Shown one piece after another: positions 25,801-34,755 of a stretch of 64,000 nucleotides of DNA (its first letter is position 1; each line of letters begins with the position of its first letter). The position numbers and the translations under genes are program-made. The notes below the pieces were generated by a model. That model was not told where the DNA came from, ran no database searches, and saw only the letters and a program-made list of their open reading frames with translations. The stretch lies in contig CAJINV010000010.1 in assembly GCA_905178155.1 (NCBI GenBank), positions 729,188-793,187 on the forward strand, written 5' to 3'. The DNA comes from Amoebophrya sp. A120. Lineage: Eukaryota; Protista; Dinoflagellata.

Positions 25801-25949
25801 TCGGCGCCGGTCATGTGCAGGTGGTTGAAGAGCATGGAAAAGTCGCCATTCCGGTACAGGCTGGTCGCGTCGGGCCCGCGGCTTTTCAAGTAGGTGTTGA
25901 TCACCGCGAGGTTGCGCAGCACCCAGGAGACCAGCAGAAAAGAGCACAT
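10819..25949 (-). CDS. Gene C: asparagine synthetase-like protein (class II GATase + synthetase) with long C-terminal extension, 34 introners
   Basis: Starts MCSF (Cys2 nucleophile), RGPD, FNGEIYN, LDGEF, DVFGTKPL; LSSGYDA, TGSGADEI, EARYPFLD; frame stays open across all hand-translated junctions 20878 to 14091 and 11712 to TAA at 10819. Confidence 0.8.
11039..11303. mobile_element. Introner family A
   Basis: DR tgctc. Confidence 0.9.
11374..11582. mobile_element. Introner family D
   Basis: DR aaact. Confidence 0.9.
11713..11979. mobile_element. Introner family A
   Basis: DR ccgca. Confidence 0.9.
12094..12794. mobile_element. Composite cargo-carrying introner, family A ends
   Basis: DR cgcga; unusual interior shared with 48022-48279; internal TIR core at ~12543. 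Confidence 0.85.
13113..13432. mobile_element. Introner family G (TIR core TGCCCCCACCCC)
   Basis: DR ccccg. Confidence 0.9.
13498..13760. mobile_element. Introner family C, internally deleted
   Basis: DR tgtcg. Confidence 0.85.
13818..14090. mobile_element. Introner family A
   Basis: TGT..ATA; DR aacgc. Confidence 0.9.
14671..14820. mobile_element. Short family-A-like introner
   Basis: DR ccgtc/tcgtc. Confidence 0.85.
14844..15164. mobile_element. Introner family C
   Basis: DR ggaag. Confidence 0.9.
15367..15688. mobile_element. Introner family C
   Basis: GAT..ATA; DR agaga. Confidence 0.85.
15772..15980. mobile_element. Introner family D
   Basis: DR gcatc/gcagc. Confidence 0.9.
16227..16533. 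mobile_element. Introner family F
   Basis: DR cgtct. Confidence 0.9.
16580..16900. mobile_element. Introner family C
   Basis: DR tcgta. Confidence 0.9.
17649..17903. mobile_element. Introner family A
   Basis: DR taata/caata. Confidence 0.9.
18108..18317. mobile_element. Introner family D
   Basis: DR tggtg. Confidence 0.9.
18361..18630. mobile_element. Introner family A
   Basis: DR ttccg/ctccg. Confidence 0.9.
18681..19002. mobile_element. Introner family C
   Basis: DR ctcgt. Confidence 0.9.
19056..19334. mobile_element. Introner family B
   Basis: TTT..ATA; DR cacat. Confidence 0.85.
19375..19606. mobile_element. Introner family I (TIR core AGTGCACAACTCC)
   Basis: DR gcgtg. Confidence 0.85.
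19759..20011. mobile_element. Introner family A
   Basis: DR gctgc. Confidence 0.9.
20094..20373. mobile_element. Introner family B
   Basis: DR tcgtt. Confidence 0.9.
20446..20597. mobile_element. Introner family E
   Basis: DR cgttc. Confidence 0.9.
20879..21143. mobile_element. Introner family A
   Basis: TAC..ATA; DR cgaac. Confidence 0.9.
21197..21449. mobile_element. Introner family A
   Basis: DR tcccg. Confidence 0.9.
21521..21746. mobile_element. Introner family D
   Basis: DR ttgac. Confidence 0.9.
21747..22171 (-). CDS. Exon of gene C: asparagine synthetase ATP-binding domain
   Basis: LGLSSGYDAG (PP-loop) and YLTGSGADEILSDY. Confidence 0.88.
22172..22460. mobile_element. Introner family B
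   Basis: DR gatgg. Confidence 0.9.
22551..22782. mobile_element. Introner family I, diverged
   Basis: DR gtcga. Confidence 0.8.
22894..23102. mobile_element. Introner family D
   Basis: DR tcctc. Confidence 0.9.
23140..23401. mobile_element. Introner family A
   Basis: DR gtctc. Confidence 0.9.
23541..23801. mobile_element. Introner family A
   Basis: DR ttgtg. Confidence 0.9.
23870..24173. mobile_element. Introner family G
   Basis: DR aatcg. Confidence 0.9.
24259..24522. mobile_element. Introner family A
   Basis: DR cgcag. Confidence 0.9.
24663..24945. mobile_element. Introner family B
   Basis: DR gcttt. Confidence 0.9.
25000..25252. mobile_element. Introner family A
   Basis: DR ctctg/ctctc. 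Confidence 0.9.
25253..25949 (-). CDS. First exon of gene C: Ntn (class II) glutamine amidotransferase domain
   Basis: MCSFL..SRGPD..HLHMTG..FNGEIYN..SDGDVILPLY..LDGEF..DVFGTKPLW. Confidence 0.9.
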
Positions 25950-26379
25950 GGCTGCTGGTATATCCGATCCTGGAGCAGACGAGACGAGTGCTGACAAAAA
26001 CAGAATAAACTAGCAGCACTTAGGAACGGAGGACATAACGGGCGCTAGTACGCCGGGCGCACTCCCTGCCGCGCGAGCGGCATCCGGGTAGTGCTTCCGC
26101 TGGTGTTCATGAGCATGTGATAAATTTGCTGGTCGAAACAGAAGCAGACAGAGAGCGCATGACTACGCGTAGTGAAAGGCGTGTTTCCCAACTCCAAGGG
26201 GAAGAAGAGGCTCGGTGATCGTCCACACAGGAAAGATCATTCTTGTTGACCGAGAATCAAGAGAACACAAAACAGCAACGCCACTCGATTATCTCTGTCG
26301 ACCCGGCAAAAGCGCAGCATGATAAGCGCTGCGGAATGCTATAGGTAGAGCGGCACCACAGCGGTAGATACCACGCGGG

Positions 26380-27570
26380 CGCGAAATGGTACTGCAGCAG
26401 CCGGAGGACGCAATTACAGCGAAGCCGCAGGCGCGGGCGCCCGCGCAATCAATGGGCGGAACACGCGGAGCGTCCGCGGGGGGGCTTAATGAATCGCGGC
26501 GCAAGGGACAACAGCGCCGGCGGCCGAATCTAACCAATGGGGGCGCACCGGCTGCCCCCGGAAACCGTGCGAATGGCCGGCGCGGCCAACCCAGACAGGC
26601 CGCAAAGTCCTGGGCGCGCGACGCGGGCGGCGCCGGCTGGCAGGACAAACACAGAAGGCACAAGGCGGGGCCCGCGCGCTTAGATAGTACGCGCGCAGCA
26701 AGCGCGCGGCGGCGCGGGGCTCGGGGGCGGGGCAAAGGGCGCGGCGCAAAGGGCGCGGCGCAAAGGGCGCGGCGCTTTTCCTCTCGCCAATGAGGAGGGG
26801 GATTCGGGGCCCGCCGGCGAAGACTTCGGGGCACTACCGCGGACGGGCCTGGCTGGATCGCCGTCCGGGTTCCTGTACGAAACTGCCCGCCTCTACACCG
26901 CCGAAGTAAAACCGGCGCGCGCCCGCGGCAAAAGAATCCGCGCCGGGGCCGACCCGGGGCGGCGCCCGCTGTTCGGCCGTGCGGCACCCGGCCCGCTCTT
27001 CGGGCCGGTGGCGCTGCAAGGGTGCGGAGACGTGCCCGCTTCGCCGGGCCCCAAGCGCCCCAGAAGGGTGCGGCCGAATCGGCGGCGCCGCCTTCACTCG
27101 CGCAGCCTTTCGGGACAGCGTCACCCGGGCGGCAGCCCATCCCCGCGCATGTGTCCCCGGGGAATCCTGCAGGAGCTGCATACATTTCAGGAGTGTATGC
27201 CGACCCCAGAGGCGGCGGAGCCGAAGAGCTTCGCGCCCGGCCGCGCCTGTCAGCTAATCAAATCCGCGAGGGATATGGGGCGCGGGCCGCCGCGCCTGCA
27301 CTGCGTGCTGCAAGGTGCGCGCGGCCGGACTATAAAACCCGGGCCGCTGTATCTATGTGCGGCGCCCCGAGAGACGAGCGCGAAGCCGGACGCGCAGGGC
27401 CATTCGAGCGGCAGCAGCGCCCGCGCCCCCGCTACCTCCGGGCGGCCTTTTGCATCCGCGATCTGCCACAACTTCCACAGTTCCCGAAGTATGGCCACCG
27501 GGGTGAAGCTTCCCCGCGGCTGCTCGCCACGGCGGTGGGGCAGCCGGCCCGCGCCTCCTAAGCGCATGCC
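26380..27570. other. GC-rich intergenic island with promoter-like motifs
   Basis: Visibly very high GC/CpG; CCAAT at ~26534 and ~26787, GC box ~26724, 14-bp CAAAGGGCGCGGCG x3 ~26733-26774, TATAAAA 27331. Confidence 0.5.
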
Positions 27571-28080
27571 GAAGTCATATACTCTGTTCATTCGCAAGCA
27601 AAGCAATCAAGCCGCAACCACACGACCCGAAGGTAAGGCCGTGCCACCTGTCCCATTCGCTCTCCCTTGGCGAAGATGAACACACTTAGACGACTAGCTT
27701 GAGCGCGTCGCTTAAGAAGCAGCACGGCGCCAGCATGATCGAACAAAGACAAACTTCTATTTCCCTTACTCAATATATAATATCTTCAGAGGACTTTTCC
27801 TGTTCATCACGTCGCTCAGAAATATGAAGAATCAGCCCGAGGGAAAACTCGGGAAAGATCGGCCTCACAGTCGTCTTCTGTTCTTTCAGTGAAAGATCGG
27901 AGGTTACAAAGCTTCTAGGAAGGTTCGCTGACTCGATTGATGCTAAAAGCCAACCAAAAGATGCGCTACGAATACAACATCTAATTCTAAATATAAAGCT
28001 GACCACGTCGATAGTAGATATAATCCAAATGGCGACGATCATAGGCCAAGTAGTAGTACATCTAAAACTTTATCAAATCT

Positions 28081-28713
28081 TCATCCTTCTTTCGTCTCCC
28101 CCACCACCTCCTCTCCCCTTTTCTCCTCCCGGTTCCTCCCACGTTCCTTCCGTCGTCGCTTCCGGTCTTCCCGAGAGGAACCTCCAGCAGCGCCGTCTTC
28201 AACATGCTCTCCTCGCCCCTCATCGACCGGTACCTTCACCCCGTACCAGGCCGCAACTTCCTTCTTCAAGACCAGCGGCAGGGGGCACTTTGCGAAGAAC
28301 GGCACTGCAGTCGAGTCTGCATCTCCTTCCTGCCTCCCCTTCTCCATTTCCAACAGCGCGATCACTGTCGACAGCGGGTGAAACCGGTCGAACATGCTCA
28401 AAGCCAGGTTTACGTGTTCGGAGGCGTTCGTAAATTGCGGATTCTTCACCGTCATGATGTGCACGTGGAAGTACCAAAACGTCGGGTGGTAGTGGATGTA
28501 CGCAACAAAGTCGTCCTTCGGAATGTTGTAGGTCCTCGCCAACTGCTCCGGAATAATTTTGCTCTCTATCTGCTTCAACAAGGCTAGATGTTTCCCGCTC
28601 TGTAAGTCCCGGAGGGACCGGATCGCCGGGTCCTTCAGCAGAAACAAACAGTGCAACTGCTCCGCGACGGTGGTTGGTGTTGTTGACGCAGAAGTAGTTG
28701 CAGTAGCAGAACT
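28081..28713 (-). CDS. DCPS: Last exon of DcpS with HIT motif
   Basis: SLRDL and HYHPTFWYFHVH. Confidence 0.9.
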   Translation of the reverse strand, partial: SSATATTSASTTPTTVAEQLHCLFLLKDPAIRSLRDLQSGKHLALLKQIESKIIPEQLARTYNIPKDDFVAYIHYHPTFWYFHVHIMTVKNPQFTNASEHVNLALSMFDRFHPLSTVIALLEMEKGRQEGDADSTAVPFFAKCPLPLVLKKEVAAWYGVKVPVDEGRGEHVEDGAAGGSSREDRKRRRKERGRNREEKRGEEVVGETKEG

Positions 28714-31136
28714 TATCCAACGAAAAAACTGTTTCACTGTGATGGTTTTGCAAGATCCGCATCACAAGTTTGCTACACATGACACAGAAAACTTGCCATG
28801 CGCGCTTCCCAAGGGAAAACACGCTTAAAAATCCAATGCGTTGGGGGTGTAGCAAGACAAATCGTTCTGTGTTCCATTCCATGCATCACAAGTTCACAGT
28901 GAAACAGTTTTTTCTTGCGATAGAACTTGCAGTTGCTGTACTATTCAACATCTCGCCCGTACTGACACTGTCGCTTTCCACCCACTTTGAGTCCCGCACG
29001 ACCAGAAATTCCTCTTCGTCTATCCTGAGTAAAAACGTCCGCACACCAGAGTCAAGATGGTCAATCTGCAAGACAAATCAACCAGCTTTGGTTGTTTGGC
29101 ATGACAAGTTTGTCCTCGTAGTGTATTCCTGTTTTAGGTAGGTCAGCAGCATCACAGACCTAGCATAGCATGCTGATTCTAGCATCACAAATTCCAAAAC
29201 ACGACTAGAAAATGCATCTCATGGGGCTCCGCATGAGAAACTTTTTTGGCGTGCAGAATTGCATGACAACTCTGGGGTGGGGATGTTTTTACACGAGATA
29301 TCGTCCACGAGCAAACGGTCCTGTTCCGCTTTACCTTCGATGATATCAAATGTAAAAATGTCTGGGTCTGGAAGAGCCAAACTTGTGATGCTGCATTTGG
29401 ATGCTAAAAAAACTTGTATTGCATGACCAGCAAGAGGATTCAAATTTGGCTACGCGGAGAGGGCATTTGTCATGCTGGATGCGCATAGATAAGCGCTCAA
29501 GAAATCTGTGATGCTATGGCATACATCACAGACGTCACGGATCATGGAAAATGTGCATAACAAAGTTGTGCTCTTCCAGACCCAGACATTTTTACAGTTG
29601 ATAGATGATGTTCCGCACCCACTGGTCTCTCGCTGCGGTTTTCGGGTTGTTCACAAACTTCTTTTTCGTGACAGAATTATACAAGTCCTCCGTCTCAAGG
29701 ACCCGGAAAAGCAGCTCGGGTGTCGCTTTGTACACGTCTCTGCGATCAGCGGGAAGGACCAGGGACAGCTTCAAATATCAGAAGGAAAAATCCCCCCTCC
29801 CCATATCAACAGGAAGCTTCCGATGCTGATTTGCGTACACAGATCAGATCTGTCTTCGCAGAAAGTGCTTGGCGGCATTTTCTGAGAAGTTTTGGGTATG
29901 GGTATGCAGAAGGCTAGCAATTACGCATGACAATGAACAGGTTTGCAGTTGCAGTAGTCGAAAGCGCATGACGAACTGGCTGTCGAATGCAAAACATGGC
30001 TCGTCCCTTTACAAACCTATAGGCAGAAGACAAAGGTGATTTGTGGCCACAAATCAGCATCAGAAATTCCCACTTTGATGTGGGGAGGGGGGATTTTTCA
30101 TTTTGATAGCAAGTCCGCCGCATTCAGGAGCCGCAAGCCGGACACGTATCGGTCGTTGACGGCGATGTTTTCGAAATCCTTGTATCAGATGTAAAAATGT
30201 CTGGGTCTGGAAACTTGTGATGCTGAATTGCGCATGATTGAAGCCCTTCCCATGGCAGCCAAGCATGGCAAGTTTTTGAGAGGTCTACTGATGCCTAGCA
30301 CGCATCACAAATTGCGTTTTCGCATGACAAAGAAAGCCTCTGTCTTGCTGCTCATGCAACACAGATTTTCCAGGAATGCATGACACGCATTACAAGTTCC
30401 AACTTTCCAGACCCAGACATTTTTGCATTTGATACCTTGTGAAAACAAGCAATGTCGTTGCTCTCCTTCTTGTTCCCGGTGAGGAGCGCGGCCAGGGTTT
30501 TTTCCAAAATACAGCCAGTAGTCGTTGTTTGGTCTTGATCTACTTGTTTCTCATTTGTTTTAGCACCATTCTCGTCCACCATAGAACCGGCACTACTTAT
30601 CTCTGTATCAAATGTAAAAATCCCTGGATGTCTGGAAGAATGCGCGACTTGTCATGCAGCTTTTCCATGACCCATGAGGTCTGGAATGCAGGGCCTAGCG
30701 TGACAGATTCTGTGCGATCTCTCTCATGCCTATCCTGCATGAGAAACTCCCTCCCGACTTGGTCAAAACTGGACGACTTTTGGTAGTCATGCAACACAGT
30801 TTTTTGCATACTTCAGATTTAGCATGACAAGTTGCATTCTTCCAGACCCAGACACTTTTACATTTCATACTCTGCCTTCGCAAACAAACTCGCCACTTCC
30901 TCGCTAAACGCCGTCTCAAACGTGAGCAGCGCTTCAACATTATCTTTCTCGAGTAGCAACGTTTTGCTCCCGAGCTTTTGCTTGATTTTAAAATTTCTCA
31001 GCTTCTCCAGAATCTCCGTGGTGTTGGTGGTCGTTTTGGACGTGGTTGTGTCTTGCTCGGGTTGATGTTCGGCAGCTGTTGTAGTTCCATCGGGAACAAC
31101 TTGTGAGGTAGCAGTGCTAGGCACAGAAGTAGTCAT
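28081..31136 (-). CDS. DCPS: Gene D: m7GpppX diphosphatase (scavenger decapping enzyme), 6 introners
   Basis: Spliced: NDRY..ETEDLYNSVT..WVRNIIEGKAEQDRLL..DSKW..IRSLRDL..YIHYHPTFWYFHVHI (HIT motif). Confidence 0.9.
28714..28922. mobile_element. Introner family D
   Basis: DR gaact. Confidence 0.9.
29021..29300. mobile_element. Introner family B
   Basis: DR tcgtc. Confidence 0.9.
29344..29603. mobile_element. Introner family A
   Basis: DR gatga. Confidence 0.9.
29776..30108. mobile_element. Introner family C variant
   Basis: DR tcaaa/gcaag. Confidence 0.85.
30183..30434. mobile_element. Introner family A
   Basis: DR ccttg. Confidence 0.9.
30606..30869. mobile_element. Introner family A
   Basis: DR ctctg. 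Confidence 0.9.
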
Positions 31137-31991
31137 GTTGTACTTTTTGAAAAGAATAAAACTCTACTGATTTCCCGGGCAGTATCGAAGCAGGGGAGGA
31201 TGAAAAATAGCGTGTCGGTTTTTGCAGACGACGAGCTAGTCCTACTTATTCTCAACTGGACTCGAAAAAGCTAAAGCAGCGGCGTTCTTACTTGGAGGTC
31301 TTTACCACACAGTGGTTATGGTTTTTCTTTTCTTCACAAAAACGTTCTACTTACGTCCTGAACTTATCTGAAAATAAACAGCGCTTGTAGCTCTTCTGTA
31401 CGAAATGCGTCTGTACTATCAATTAAATGCGCCTGTATAAATTCCTCTTCCCTACAACATTTGGTGACGAAGTGCGAGGATCTTCACCGGTGCCGCGTCG
31501 ATAATCATAATTCATCCTGTCACGACTTTTCTTCCGGTCGAGAACTACCAGATCCTGAATGGCCACTTTCAATTCAACCGCTAATTCTACGAAAATTCTA
31601 CTTGTTCCATACATTTTAGCCACAACTAGCACATTGCTGCGAACGAGGACAGCAAGATCGTCATCTTCCGAAGTATCTATACAGAGGAGCAACAAATTCT
31701 GATCCTCTTATCCCCGCAATCCCCCCGCCGCCTTCGTGAAAAAATCCCCAATACAACATAATTGGTCGGCGTCACAAATCAAGGGCAGGACGCAGTCCAT
31801 CGGAGAGCAGGCGCGCAAATGGTGAGTTGCTTTACAGATTGCTATCCTGTTCCACCTCGCTCGGCTGTTTCAAAACGCACGGAGTTGTATGACGTCGCAG
31901 TCAAAAAGGAAAAAAATCTCCGATAGGATGAAAAATTATCTGTCAAACTCCAACCCGCTGCAGCAGTTCGTTGCGCAACAGAGAATTATTC

Positions 31992-33304
31992 TCACTCACC
32001 GCTATGATCGAAGGTCGCGCTGTCACGACAACGCAGCATTCCAAAAATTCCCCGACCATCGAAAACGCAGGAAGAAGTAGTTGTAGCTGGAGGCCTCTTT
32101 TCCCGCCGACAATAAAGCGAATGTAGTTGTTCCTGGCCCCCAGGAGGTCCCGGCTCCGACGCGCCGTTGCTGGTAGGAATTGTACTACTACTTCTTCCTT
32201 TATCAAATGTAAAAATGTCTGGGTCTGGAACAATCCAACTTGCGATGCTGGATTTGGATTCCAAAAAAATCTGTATTGCATGAGTACCAAAGGGAATGTA
32301 ATTCTTGCAACGCGGAGAGGGCATTTGTCATGCGGAATAGGCATCAAGAAGCTCGCAAAAAATCAGTGATGCTAAGGCATGCATCACAGACATCCGGGCT
32401 CATCCAAAACGTGCATGACAAGTGTCAGAATCTTCCAGACCCGGACATTTTTACATTTGATATCCTTTCTCCCAATGCTCCGTCAACGTGTCGAAAATTC
32501 CCAGGAAGTCATCCCGAAACCGGCCTATCAAAAGGAAAAATCGTCCCTCCCCACATAAAAACGAAACTTCTGATGCTGGATCTGGGTACACAAATCCAAT
32601 TTGTGTTGCAGTAAGGGAATGCACGCAGACCCTGCGCCTAGGCAGGACCCCTTTGGTGTAGGCGCCTAGCATGGTAGACGGCTACCCTGTTGGCCTTACA
32701 GCATTACAAATCGCCTGAATAACGTGGCGGAGAGCCTGGGTGTGCCTTCGTGCAAGAAAGACCCGATTTGTGGTCACAAATCTGCATCACAAATTTTCAG
32801 AAGAATGCGTCTTCAATATGGGGAGGCGGGATTTTTCTTTGCAATACGACCGATCGTGGACACACCCAGTCGGTCGGAAGAGTACCCGAGGGAAGACAGA
32901 CCGAAGGATTCCGCGAAGGTTTTTTCGCGGTCGTGGAAGAGCGATGGAACGGCAGTGGAAGAACTTCTTCCACCCGAGGAGCCCCTGCCTCGCGACAGCG
33001 TGACTGCTGCGGCGGTAGTGATAATTCTTGAGGTCTTTATGACAACACGACGAGGAGGACCAGGTTGTACTTGTAGCACTTGTTCTAACTCAAGTTCTTG
33101 CAACAGAAAAGCCGTCAGCAGCGCGGACAGTAAGCGACGAAAAGTGGTCCGCTTGATGCCTCCGCTCCTCGTGGTCATGGTTGTTTCTTTTTGTCGTGAT
33201 AGAAATCTTCTGCTAGGGGTTGCATTCTTGTATGGGGTATCAATACGATTTCGATGCTCGTGACTCTGACCACTAAGGACAAACTTTGTAGTTCCTGACA
33301 CCAT
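31992..33304 (-). CDS. Gene E: small hypothetical protein with hydrophobic signal-like segment, 2 introners
   Basis: Exons 32847-33304, 32463-32525, 31992-32200 join in frame (IGRFRDDFLGIFDTLTEHWEKGRSS); start may be ~33179. Confidence 0.55.
32201..32462. mobile_element. Introner family A
   Basis: DR tcctt. Confidence 0.9.
32526..32846. mobile_element. Introner family C
   Basis: DR cggcc/cgacc. Confidence 0.9.
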
Positions 33305-34755
33305 GGCTACTTAAGTACTTCCTTTGCAAAGGTTCTGGCACGGAATACTAAAATTCGGTTATACTATGAGCCGAAAACTGGATCTTCTTGTTGCTGTCCC
33401 AGCACACCTAAGCAAGTAGAAGGCGAAGGAGGACCAAAAAACACGGAAAAAAAATCTACTTCCACAGATCATGGCCCCTTTCATGAAAATTGCAATCGCA
33501 CTGCCATCAAGATGATCTTGTTCCGGCCGCCTACTTATCAGAGATGGATCACGCACACCGTTCTTTTTTGCGAGCTCCGCTGTCCTCGCTGACGCTGATT
33601 TCTTTGTGCTTGCACGGGTCGTGGTTGCTTTGTACTTTGGTACAGGAATCAAGTGCAAAAACTCACAACTGACGCTCACGAGCACAGATCATCACATCTG
33701 CACGGCTTTGGAGTTCAATTCGTCACCGAGAGCGGACAGAAAAAGATAGTGTTAATGACACTACATCGAATAAATAAACGCGCGAGGACAAAGACACAAG
33801 GTCGAGCGAAGCAGTTTTTGAGAAAATAGCACTATGTTGAAAGTGACCACGACCACTGGATTTGTACAGGTATACTTGCCCATGCTCATGGAAATTCATC
33901 AGGAACCAGCACGAGCGACACTCGGAAAAACATAGAACAGCTTTCAGACTCTGGACGCAGCCAATTCCACTGTGTCCGGAAATCGGATAGATTCTTCGAA
34001 ATCGAATCTAACACAGAATCAGTAGCTTTTCGGATCCAACTTGATGAAAGACCTAGATATCCTTCTATCAGAGATCAGACACCGTCAACCAACACGTGTT
34101 CTTGTTTTTCATAAGCTCCGCTGTCGGAGACTATGATGAATAACGAGAACAAACCAAAGTAGTTGCACTTTAGCTCCGTCGTGGCATCAACGTCGTGCAC
34201 CTACAAGGCCCTCTCGAGGTGGAGCAACAAAATTTACGACAAACAGTACTTCTTTCTCGTCCGTTCCTCTGATTTATTTTTAGATCATTTCTTACTAACG
34301 CTAGACGTTCATTCTGTTTCAAATCTTCGGGCTCGCCCCGAAGAGCAAGTCTCCTGTTCGGAAGTTGTAAAGTGCCTCGATCATGTGCTGTATTCTCTTC
34401 ATAATCTCGTTCTCGGCTCTTGTTGATGCAAAAAAACAACTACAGCCGTGCAATAAAAATTTTGCCTGTATTCTAAAAGAGCGAAAAAGTAGAAAGGCGG
34501 CACAAGTGGATGAAATTGCCATGGGAAACAAAACTGCAAAAGTTCCATTTTTTCAGACAACAAACTGGGAGGTGTGGAGAAGTACAACTGGAAGTGCAAC
34601 TGCTGCAGCAGTCGCACATGTACAACTAAGCGATACATCATAAAAATGAAACGAAGTCACCAAAGGTGTGTCCTGTATTCGTCATACTGTAGCTGCACAA
34701 AAACAAAAATGCGTACTTTCGATGTGGCATTAGACGTAGAGGCAGTTCAACACAT

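Noticed and set aside
26289-27679. Long Arg/Ala/Gly/Pro-rich ORFs on both strands
   Set aside because: Expected from extreme GC content; overlapping in several frames with no domain signal
10819-31136. Genes as transposon-killed pseudogenes
   Set aside because: No stops or frameshifts remain after element+5 removal at the junctions checked, and catalytic motifs (Cys2, PP-loop, HIT) are intact
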